Virus record (IMG/VR): IMGVR_UViG_3300032213_001373
Span: 1-64,000 of that record
Source of the DNA: a virus
Direction: 5' to 3' (one strand)
DNA length: 64,000 nucleotides
Part shown: piece after piece, positions 18,020 to 25,671 of the stretch
Position numbering within the stretch: position 1 is the stretch's first letter
Layout: every line of letters starts with the position of its first letter
Program-made: the position numbers and the translations under genes
Notes under the pieces: model-generated
What the model was told of the DNA's origin: nothing
The model's input: the letters and a program-made list of their open reading frames with translations, nothing else
The model's database searches: none

Positions 18020-18263
18020 GTGCATCAAGTATGTGTACAAAAACTATGCCTATTGTTATGCGTGTAATTACATACAAGAGGGTATGGAATTATCTCCCGA
18101 AGAACAGCAAGAACTAACTGAGTCTTTAAATAGAATCAGTTGTAACAGTGATAAGTACATTGATTACTTAATGAGACAAGCCCCCGGTGTCTCAGAAAAG
18201 CCTGAGGTTAGGCTAGAGAAAGCCATCAATTACAACAGCCCGTTGATTGATGAAGAAGAATAA
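17958..18263 (+). CDS. Hypothetical protein with Cys motif
   Basis: GAAAGGA RBS; C-x4-C...CxxC. Confidence 0.7.
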   Translation: MPSNKYIVRDYSHKPKCATTECIKYVYKNYAYCYACNYIQEGMELSPEEQQELTESLNRISCNSDKYIDYLMRQAPGVSEKPEVRLEKAINYNSPLIDEEE

Positions 18264-18447
18264 TTCCTCGAGAAGGGGATACACAGTAACGACCAAGGTA
18301 ATCCCACAATGGATAACAGCCGGCCCTCTGCGCTCTAAGCGCAACGGCTTAGGTGTAGACGCTTTCTACTTAAATGTTACTCACGCCTATGGGTGGGAAA
18401 GTGCTGTGGTTGGTCTGACGAGACCTGAGGTAAAACACGACCCGTAA
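18250..18447 (+). CDS. Possible hypothetical protein
   Basis: Short ORF overlapping upstream stop; weak RBS. Confidence 0.35.
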   Translation: MKKNNSSRRGYTVTTKVIPQWITAGPLRSKRNGLGVDAFYLNVTHAYGWESAVVGLTRPEVKHDP

Positions 18448-18469
18448 GCATCGGGACATACCTGCTTCC

Positions 18470-18500
18470 TCACCTGAGCAAGTGAAGGCTAAACTGCTCA
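18470..18500 (+). promoter_or_regulatory. Compact H-type pseudoknot motif, copy 1
   Basis: TCAC-CTGAGCAA-GTGA-AGGCT-AAAC-TGCTCA; covarying copy at 55531-55557. Confidence 0.65.
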
Positions 18501-18524
18501 CCTATTCAAGATTGGAGGTTTGAA

Positions 18525-18647
18525 ATGGCTACAGTCAGTGACATCGTAAAAGTTACTATCAAAGAATTAAATTTCAGCAAGGTTGAACCAGTAACTGCTG
18601 CAGATTGGCAGATTGTTAATAACTATCTGTTAGAACGCTGCAAGTAA
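18525..18647 (+). CDS. 40-aa microprotein
   Basis: GGAGG RBS; MATVSDIVKVTIKELNFSKVEPVTAADWQIVNNYLLERCK. Confidence 0.65.
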   Translation: MATVSDIVKVTIKELNFSKVEPVTAADWQIVNNYLLERCK

Positions 18648-18673
18648 TACTCCCGACTAAGAGTTGTTAGTTC

Positions 18674-18706
18674 GCCTGTGTAGATTTCATCGTCTATACA
18701 GGCACG
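18674..18706 (+). promoter_or_regulatory. Minihelix + ACG motif, copy 1
   Basis: GCCTGTGTAGA-TTTCATCG-TCTATACAGGC-ACG. Confidence 0.6.
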
Positions 18707-18934
18707 TGGGCAGAGACATAATGAGTGGCCAAGAGCCGAGAAGGATCATTAGTATGAAGTGCCTTATCTGTTGTAGGTTAGTCGGGTATCCCGTGGGGAA
18801 ACTACTCCCGACTTAGCAACCACTCAAAACACTAGAGACTAAATGCGTTTGCTGTTGACAGCGTTGCCTCGGGGTAACCCACGCAACGCCGAGGCTAGAG
18901 TCAGGATACCGTTGACAGTGGCGTCTCTGCCCAC
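18706..18934 (+). ncRNA. Structured element C, about 230 nt; Ms1-like candidate
   Basis: Perfect 12-bp closing helix GTGGGCAGAGAC / GTCTCTGCCCAC; internal stems; motif words GGCCAAG, GAGAAGG, CTCCCGAC, TAGCA, ACCCACGCAAC, CGCCGAGG. Confidence 0.6.
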
Positions 18935-18957
18935 ACCCTACAAGAGAAAGAAAACAA

Positions 18958-19110
18958 ATGGCTGGAGTAAAAGTATCAAAAGAGACAGCTATGACCATAG
19001 AGGAACTCAAGAAGCAATTGTTTCTTGCTATTGAAGTCCTCAATGGTTTTACAGAAAACGAAGCAGAAAAGAACTGGGAGTGTGAAAATGGCAAATGCAA
19101 ATGCCAGTAA
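18958..19110 (+). CDS. 50-aa microprotein
   Basis: Hand-read MAGVKVSKETAMTIEELKKQLFLAIEVLNGF...CENGKCKCQ after GAGAAAG. Confidence 0.55.
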   Translation: MAGVKVSKETAMTIEELKKQLFLAIEVLNGFTENEAEKNWECENGKCKCQ

Positions 19111-19348
19111 GTTATCTCACGTCTACAACCCGTGGGGACCAACCATCATCGACCACGGCGATGGGATGATTGAACAAGTCATTGATGATAAGACAATGTG
19201 GCACCCATATTGTGATCCGGAGAACCCACTCACCAACGCTGAGTATCAAGCAGTGTGGGATGAGGATGCTCTCTTATGTTTCCAATGTAAACGCTTCTTG
19301 GATTCAGAAGAAAATATGGTAAAAGAACTTACACGTGAGCGGGAGTAA
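19088..19348 (+). CDS. Hypothetical protein
   Basis: ATG 19088 after GGAG; HPYC...CFQC. Confidence 0.7.
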   Translation: MANANASKLSHVYNPWGPTIIDHGDGMIEQVIDDKTMWHPYCDPENPLTNAEYQAVWDEDALLCFQCKRFLDSEENMVKELTRERE

Positions 19349-19400
19349 CTAGGTTACGAAAACTCACCTCGTAGGCTGCTAGCCGTCAGACAATACGGCA

Positions 19401-19433
19401 GCCGGTGTGGATGTCATAGTCCACGCCGGCACG
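19401..19433 (+). promoter_or_regulatory. Minihelix + ACG motif, copy 2
   Basis: GCCGGTGTGGA-TGTCATAG-TCCACGCCGGC-ACG. Confidence 0.6.
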
Positions 19434-19477
19434 CAGGTCGCCAACACAAACATCGCGGCGCCGGCAGAAGGGACAAT

Positions 19478-19762
19478 ATGCTAAAACGCAAACTAGTGAG
19501 CAAAATAGAGCGCATGATGGTAGAGCAAGAGCTCGAAATTCATGACCTCGACTCACAACATAGTAGGGCGTATCACACGGGCATCATCGATGGCCTAGGT
19601 ATGGCTCTCTTTGCGCTATCCCCAAAACGTGCTCGTCGTAATCCAATCAGTATCGTATGGTTTGATGAAGATTATGATGAACCACGTCAACTAGAACAAC
19701 ATCGTGAGACTGTATTTGATGCGGTCAATGAATCGTTGTTTTCAACAGCGGAGGCAAAGTAA
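19478..19762 (+). CDS. Hypothetical protein
   Basis: 94 aa, AGAAGGG RBS. Confidence 0.75.
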   Translation: MLKRKLVSKIERMMVEQELEIHDLDSQHSRAYHTGIIDGLGMALFALSPKRARRNPISIVWFDEDYDEPRQLEQHRETVFDAVNESLFSTAEAK

Positions 19763-20464
19763 ATGCAACACCGTTATGTAAAAGACTATGCAACAGCAGT
19801 TGCATGGCTCAAAGGTGGTCGTAAAAAACACGATCGCCCCCTCTATTCCCGAGGACTTCGTCTTCAATATAGAACAGGGAATAGAATCGCAGTCGTAGAC
19901 AGGTGGTCAGGTACAGACATTTTGTATTACCACCCTGATGACACTATGACTATACAAGCCCCAACAGTTACGACTGCTTGGGGTAGCCAATACAGCCTAC
20001 TTAGATCTCAATCAGTTCGACTAGTTCTGTCTGAGTATGCTGGGTTTCAAAACCTCTATGTAAAAAATGGTAGGGCTCACATACTGGAGTATGGACACAA
20101 CAACACTCCCCCCAAGATTCAAAAGTGTCGTTCGTGTAGTGGGTTAGGTAAACAAAAGGCTTGGTGCACACCAGTTACCTGTTGGAATGACCCGTGCAAG
20201 TATCCTGACAGACCAGTGCTCAACGCTAACAAGTACCGTAATTGGCACGAACATTCGTGCGAGCACGGTAACCACAAGATGCATAAAATCTATACTGAAA
20301 ATGATTGCTATCGCTGTGGAGGCGCTGGCAAAGCCGATTACGGCTCAAAGCCTATTGCAATGATGTGGGACGGTTCTCCGTTGCGTATCAAGCACGGGCA
20401 AATTATAAACAATCAACCAACTGAACTAGAGAAAGCGATAGCAGCCTATGTCAAGACAGGTTAA
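19763..20464 (+). CDS. Hypothetical protein with DnaJ-type CxxCxGxG zinc motifs
   Basis: CRSCSGLG and CYRCGGAG; GGAGG RBS. Confidence 0.75.
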   Translation: MQHRYVKDYATAVAWLKGGRKKHDRPLYSRGLRLQYRTGNRIAVVDRWSGTDILYYHPDDTMTIQAPTVTTAWGSQYSLLRSQSVRLVLSEYAGFQNLYVKNGRAHILEYGHNNTPPKIQKCRSCSGLGKQKAWCTPVTCWNDPCKYPDRPVLNANKYRNWHEHSCEHGNHKMHKIYTENDCYRCGGAGKADYGSKPIAMMWDGSPLRIKHGQIINNQPTELEKAIAAYVKTG

Positions 20465-20939
20465 TTACACAGGTGAGTTTGTACAAACCATCTATGTTTC
20501 AAACCACGACCCAGAGTTATCTGCGATGGCAATTCTTTCTGATAAGCAAATACCAGAAAGTTTTGTCCAGTTGTCAGAGAAAAGCAAGTCATACAAAGAG
20601 TGTGTACTAGCACACCTTCTATTAAAAGTAACTAATCACGATGAGTTATTAGATACTATGTGTTCTTTCATGCGTTCTGCTCCTGAGGGTGGAACAACTG
20701 CTAAAGTTATGACTGAATACGCCGCATCAATTGCGTTTGCGCTTGAGCACAAGGACCTAGCAATTGACATCATCACACGAAACCAACCATCTGAGGTTGG
20801 CCCACACATCTGGTCCTTAGTTAGTGCAATCAAGAAAGGTATGCCAGGAGTTATGTATCAGTCATTGCTGACATCTAACTTACATCTAGCATCTACCGAG
20901 TGGGATCAAAGCAGAGCTGTAGTGATTAACTCACTATAA
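20448..20939 (+). CDS. Hypothetical helical protein
   Basis: 163-aa ORF overlapping upstream stop. Confidence 0.75.
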   Translation: MSRQVNYTGEFVQTIYVSNHDPELSAMAILSDKQIPESFVQLSEKSKSYKECVLAHLLLKVTNHDELLDTMCSFMRSAPEGGTTAKVMTEYAASIAFALEHKDLAIDIITRNQPSEVGPHIWSLVSAIKKGMPGVMYQSLLTSNLHLASTEWDQSRAVVINSL

Positions 20940-20944
20940 CAAAC

Positions 20945-21074
20945 GCCCCAGTCACATCACGTCTGCACTGGTATGAATCCAAACTATAAGTAGACAACAT
21001 CGCTCACCTTTAAGGGAGTATGTCTGTTTACTTTCCCGGGTGATTACCCCTTCGTTGATGGGTGTGACTGGGGC
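20945..21074 (+). ncRNA. Structured element D (14-bp closing helix)
   Basis: GCCCCAGTCACATC / GGTGTGACTGGGGC; internal AAGTAGACA..CAT / ATG..TGTTTACTT and GGGT/ACCC stems. Confidence 0.55.
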
Positions 21075-21412
21075 ATCAAGTTTCTTGTACGGTGAGAAAC
21101 ATCACCCTAAATACTTGATCCGACCCAAGCCGGAACGCAAAACAGTAGCCCGTTGAGCAGATGCCCGAACGTGACTTAGTTAGTCCGCCTGAGCGCTGCC
21201 GCGAGTAGTTACTTGAGCAAGCCCGTAGTCGCTAAGGTTCCAGCCTCTTTAGGCTTCGTGTGTAAACCATACAAGATGCCCCCGGGGTATGCCTTATAGG
21301 TATAACCCCGGGGGATTTATAAATTACGAGGGCAATAGATTTCCCAACAAATCGTTGGGAAACTATCGGCGTGTCCCATTGACTAGCCGATAGTGCTATC
21401 ACTACGATAGCA
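21075..21412 (+). ncRNA. Structured element F (tandem stems upstream of MoxR gene)
   Basis: ATCAAGT/ACTTGAT, GC.GGAAC/GTTCC.GC, CCCCCGGGGT/ACCCCGGGGG, then three back-to-back hairpins at 21340-21412; no credible ORF. Confidence 0.5.
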
Positions 21413-21443
21413 AACGAATCCACATACCGAGAAGGGGTAGGAA

Positions 21444-22871
21444 ATGGATATCGCTATATTCACAGAGTCGTACGAACCAATTATGGGTGCTAAGCGCCGT
21501 CAGGTTCTAATCACACCACACGGTGACAACGTACGAATCTATTCACGCAACACTGACGGGACCAAAGGTCCACACAATAAGTGGGACGAAATTGATCTCG
21601 ACAGTCTCGTGGGACAGATCGGTGCAGGTGAGTGTCTTACACGCACACCAGTCGGCGTATATGTTACGTCAGCAGATGAGCGTGCTATGACAGACAAGGG
21701 TTACTCTCCTGTCCTTGGTACCAAAGCGTGCCAGGCTCACACCAAAGCAACCGTATCAACAGACCCAGTGCTTGACATCATCTATGAAATCTATAGCCGA
21801 GTCGAACAGCGTGACGCCACGCTTGAAGACTACGTTATCGATGGACGTCGTCAGCCAGGTTCTGTAGTGCCGGTTGTAACTGCTCCAACACAAACAATCG
21901 CACAGCCAGCACCACAACTTAACCAGGCTGCATTGGATAAGTTTGAAATCCAACTACCAGCAGCTCCGGTGTATGCAGCGCTAGCGTCAGTGCCACGTAA
22001 AGAACTTGCTGAAAAGTATGTTCATCGTCAGATTTGGAGTCGTGATGACTTCGAGATCTTTGACTATGCTCGTAGTAACAGCATTAACGTTCTTATCTAT
22101 GGCCCTACCGGTCCCGGCAAGACAACCTCTGTCGAAGCCTGGGCTGCTGAGCGTCAGCTCAAGTTAGCAACCGTATCTGGTAACGCAACTATGGAACCTA
22201 GCCAAATGTTTGGCAAGATGACAATGGTTGACGGCTCCTGGGTATGGATTGATGGTCCTGTAACTGATGTAGTTCGTAATGGCGGGGTTCTTCTCCTTGA
22301 CGAAGTTAACTTCATCAACCCTAAGATCTACACAGTTCTGTATTCATTGATGGACGGTCGTCGTAGCATCACGCTCCTCGATCATCTTGGCGAGACTATT
22401 CAGGCTCACAAAGACCTGACTGTATACGCAACTATGAATCCAGACTACATCGGTACAACACCACTCAACTTTGCGTTCCGCAACCGTTTCGACATCCAAA
22501 TCCCTTGGGACTACGATGACAAGGTTGAGAACAAGTTGGTTGATTCCAAGTCATTGTTGGCATTGGCTCGTCAGCTTCGCGTTGAAGCTGCTAAGGGTCA
22601 GTATGAGACACCAATCTCAACCAACATGCTCATGGAGTTCCATCAGTTCGTTGATGCATTGGGCTATGAGTTCGCAGTTGAGAACTTCATCGCTCACTTC
22701 TCTGCTGATGAGGCTGCATCTGTGCGCCTTGTCTTCCAGACATTCGAACACAACATCAAGTCTGACTTTGGTATCGAGATTCCAATTGTTGTAGAACAAC
22801 AACCAGAATCTAAATCACCAGACGAGAAACTTGCAGAGTGGGCGGGTCAATTCGCTCCTGTTAATGTCTAA
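21444..22871 (+). CDS. MoxR/CbbQ/CobS-type AAA+ ATPase
   Basis: GPTGPGKT, LLLDEVN, ATMNPDY, FRNRF. Confidence 0.92.
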   Translation: MDIAIFTESYEPIMGAKRRQVLITPHGDNVRIYSRNTDGTKGPHNKWDEIDLDSLVGQIGAGECLTRTPVGVYVTSADERAMTDKGYSPVLGTKACQAHTKATVSTDPVLDIIYEIYSRVEQRDATLEDYVIDGRRQPGSVVPVVTAPTQTIAQPAPQLNQAALDKFEIQLPAAPVYAALASVPRKELAEKYVHRQIWSRDDFEIFDYARSNSINVLIYGPTGPGKTTSVEAWAAERQLKLATVSGNATMEPSQMFGKMTMVDGSWVWIDGPVTDVVRNGGVLLLDEVNFINPKIYTVLYSLMDGRRSITLLDHLGETIQAHKDLTVYATMNPDYIGTTPLNFAFRNRFDIQIPWDYDDKVENKLVDSKSLLALARQLRVEAAKGQYETPISTNMLMEFHQFVDALGYEFAVENFIAHFSADEAASVRLVFQTFEHNIKSDFGIEIPIVVEQQPESKSPDEKLAEWAGQFAPVNV

Positions 22872-22882
22872 GAAAGGACATC

Positions 22883-24820
22883 ATGTTCCAAGACGAGTTC
22901 AATGATGGCTTTTATGGTGCCGCCAGAGAAGAAGAGGAACAAGAGCGTGCCTTGCGACTTAACACACTATGTCGTGTGTATGAGCAAGCCGATCGAGTTC
23001 TGTCTGGCGACCCTGTAACAGTCAATGTCGTGACGTCTGGTCCAGCTCCGGCTTGGTCAGACGGTGCGTCAATCACATTCAATGCAGAACATATCACTGA
23101 TATGGATCTGGAAACATTGACACAAGTAACTGGTCTTAATTACCACGAGCTTTGTCATCACCTGTATACACCCCGCAAGGGAACAGAGATGATGAAGTGG
23201 GTAATGGAGAACAACTACATTGAGAGTATGAATATACTCGAGGACCAACGCATCGAGACTTTGTTTACCGCAAGGTTTCCATCTGTTATCCCATTCCTTA
23301 CAGCAACCTGTGCTAGGTGGCTGGCAGAGAGTGAAGATGAAGTTGCAGGCAATTACATTGCCATTCGTGGTCGCAGGTATCTGCCTGTAGAGATTAGAGA
23401 AGCATTCAGAGATGCTTTTGCTTTCCCTAATCTAATTCCAGTTATCGCAAGAGTTGTTGATGAGTATCGCTTGCTTACGTTCCCCAAGGACTACAAACGA
23501 GCACAAGAACTAATCAAAGAACTCAATGACCTAGTGCTCAAGCCAACAGGCATACTCGATGATATGCATAGAAATCCTAACTCACCTCACGGTGGTCCAA
23601 ATGGATGCGGTCATCGTGCCCCTGTGGCTAAAGGCAGACCAGAACCTGGTAAGGCTCAGGAGAAAGACTCTCAACGTGCTCGAGGTATGGGCACACCAGA
23701 AAGTCCATACACTCCTAGCAAACCAAAACAAACACCAGAACCAGGTGCGGGAACTATTGATCCTAAAGACATTGTAGATAGCAAACACAATAACAATGGG
23801 CAAGGCAGTAGTCCTGTACGCACTATGACACAACAGCAAGCATTGGATGTGCGTGACTCTCGTGTAGATTCACACACCCCACAGCCTGCTGGTTCTGGAC
23901 ACAATCCAAGCGTAGGTGGCGTTCCTAAAGATGTAATCAAAGGAATGTTATCCGACGCTATTGACGATGTACTTGCACGTAAAGATGTACAGCAAGACAT
24001 CAAGACTAAGCAACGTGTAATCGTTGGTGGTGATGGTAAGCACGACGATGCTACAAAGCGTGGCAAGTTTGACTTAACCGCAGCACCAGCAGAAGCAATC
24101 GTTGCTTATCGTCGTTTCGCACGAGAGCTACAACGCTTGCGTGATGACTCTGAACCTCATTGGGTCAAAGAAACTCCTACTGGTAAATTCAATGTCAATC
24201 GAGTTATGAAAGGCTGTGAACCTGACGAAGCATTCGACCGTTGGGATGAAGGCGATGATGGCTGTGACATTGAGGCTGTAATCCTTGTCGATCGTTCAGG
24301 CTCTATGTCTAGCGGTCGCAATGACCAAAAAGCATCGGTGGCCTGTTGGACTATCAAGCGTGCTCTTGAGCACATTGAGGCTCCAGTGACTGTCTATGCA
24401 TTTGATGACCAGAACGAGGTTGCTTACACTCGAGACGAAAAAGCCAATCGCACACAATACAAGTTCATCTACGGCAACGGTGGTACTCATCCGTATCCAG
24501 CGTTGATTGCAGCTGAACAGTTACTCATGGCCTCACGTAAAAAGAACAAGATGTTGTTCTTAATTACTGACGGTGAGTTTAACTCCGAAAAGAACGACCA
24601 GTTGATTACCCGCATCGCATCCCGCGGTGTTCTAACAGCCATGACGCTTATCATGAGTGACAAGGGTTACAATCAACTCATCACTGACTACAACAGAACG
24701 CCAGACGAGTTCCGTCATGGTGCCGAGATCTTTGGCCGTGTTAATAGCGCTGAGGATCTTCTTCCATTCGCTAAATCTATTGTTACTGGGGCAATCAAAA
24801 AGCGCTCCCGTATGCGGTAG
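22883..24820 (+). CDS. VWA-domain protein with N-terminal HExxH metallopeptidase-like region (CobT-like partner)
   Basis: HELCH...NILED.RIE; MIDAS DRSGSM, GGT, ITDG. Confidence 0.88.
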   Translation: MFQDEFNDGFYGAAREEEEQERALRLNTLCRVYEQADRVLSGDPVTVNVVTSGPAPAWSDGASITFNAEHITDMDLETLTQVTGLNYHELCHHLYTPRKGTEMMKWVMENNYIESMNILEDQRIETLFTARFPSVIPFLTATCARWLAESEDEVAGNYIAIRGRRYLPVEIREAFRDAFAFPNLIPVIARVVDEYRLLTFPKDYKRAQELIKELNDLVLKPTGILDDMHRNPNSPHGGPNGCGHRAPVAKGRPEPGKAQEKDSQRARGMGTPESPYTPSKPKQTPEPGAGTIDPKDIVDSKHNNNGQGSSPVRTMTQQQALDVRDSRVDSHTPQPAGSGHNPSVGGVPKDVIKGMLSDAIDDVLARKDVQQDIKTKQRVIVGGDGKHDDATKRGKFDLTAAPAEAIVAYRRFARELQRLRDDSEPHWVKETPTGKFNVNRVMKGCEPDEAFDRWDEGDDGCDIEAVILVDRSGSMSSGRNDQKASVACWTIKRALEHIEAPVTVYAFDDQNEVAYTRDEKANRTQYKFIYGNGGTHPYPALIAAEQLLMASRKKNKMLFLITDGEFNSEKNDQLITRIASRGVLTAMTLIMSDKGYNQLITDYNRTPDEFRHGAEIFGRVNSAEDLLPFAKSIVTGAIKKRSRMR

Positions 24821-24847
24821 CCCAACACAAACAAAAGGAGGTCAACC

Positions 24848-25045
24848 ATGTACGTAGTATTTGACGGTGTCACTGAGACACTAATTGGACCATTCAATGA
24901 CTATGAAGATGCACAGATGTTCATTCTGCACGCTTCTGACTTAATCATCGATGGCAATGTGTCAGAACTAACCATCGAGCCTATCTCTGAACCACAGGAA
25001 TGGGCGTTAGATAACTCATTGGAACCACAATATGTACAGCAATAA
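24848..25045 (+). CDS. Small acidic hypothetical protein
   Basis: AAGGAGG RBS; IGPF....A. Confidence 0.75.
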   Translation: MYVVFDGVTETLIGPFNDYEDAQMFILHASDLIIDGNVSELTIEPISEPQEWALDNSLEPQYVQQ

Positions 25046-25214
25046 ACGTGAGCTGTATACCGACGTTAATCAACTTAAACTTCAAGAAGATGAGCGTTAT
25101 GAAGAATACAAAAGAGCAGTAGTCCGCTTGTTCATCAAGAAAGGGCAAGCGGATTTACTTCCTATGTTAGGACTAAGTGAAGACGATGGTCAACACCTTC
25201 CTGCCGTTTCCTGA
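25032..25214 (+). CDS. Hypothetical protein
   Basis: 60 aa, overlapping run. Confidence 0.65.
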   Translation: MYSNKRELYTDVNQLKLQEDERYEEYKRAVVRLFIKKGQADLLPMLGLSEDDGQHLPAVS

Positions 25215-25671
25215 CTACCGCAAGGTAGCCAGAACACTAGATACAAAACGCTTAGGTAAGCAACGAGTAGAAGGTTTACAGATACTCAAAGCTAACTTAG
25301 GTATGACCAAAGGATGGGTAAACCATCCTGCCGCAGTCATGTGGAGAGGACATGAAGGCTTATTGTCTATCTATATTCTCTCTATGTGTAATCGATGGGT
25401 GTCACTAGGATACAAAGACTCTGTAGCTGATCAAGTTATTGAGTTAATGGATCACATACCCGCCGATTCTTATACCAATCCGTGGTGGATGGGTAATGAA
25501 GAGTTCCATACAAGTCATCAGTCCAATCTTCAACGCAAGATGCCTATGCATTATTGCTTTGATGTAGATGATGACATACCATACAAATGGCCAATGCCAG
25601 ATGGAACCTTAAGGGTAACAGTTAAAAAAGAACCTAAAAAGAAAAGGAGCAAAAATGCCAGCAATAAGTAA
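25186..25671 (+). CDS. Pyrimidine-dimer DNA glycosylase / MSMEG_6728 family
   Basis: NTFLP..D....A..LD.KRLGKQRVE..QIL...GW.NHPA..MW.G; HxSHQSNL. Confidence 0.88.
   Translation: MVNTFLPFPDYRKVARTLDTKRLGKQRVEGLQILKANLGMTKGWVNHPAAVMWRGHEGLLSIYILSMCNRWVSLGYKDSVADQVIELMDHIPADSYTNPWWMGNEEFHTSHQSNLQRKMPMHYCFDVDDDIPYKWPMPDGTLRVTVKKEPKKKRSKNASNK

Noticed and set aside
18855-18917. Two TTGACA hexamers as sigma-A promoters
   Set aside because: Neither has a -10-like hexamer at 16-18 nt spacing.
18843-19034. 63-aa + strand ORF over element C
   Set aside because: Weak RBS and overlaps the better-supported 18958 ORF. It cannot be fully excluded.
18674-19433. tRNA genes
   Set aside because: The minihelices lack D and anticodon arms, the GGTTCGA consensus and CCA. 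No cloverleaf was found anywhere by eye.
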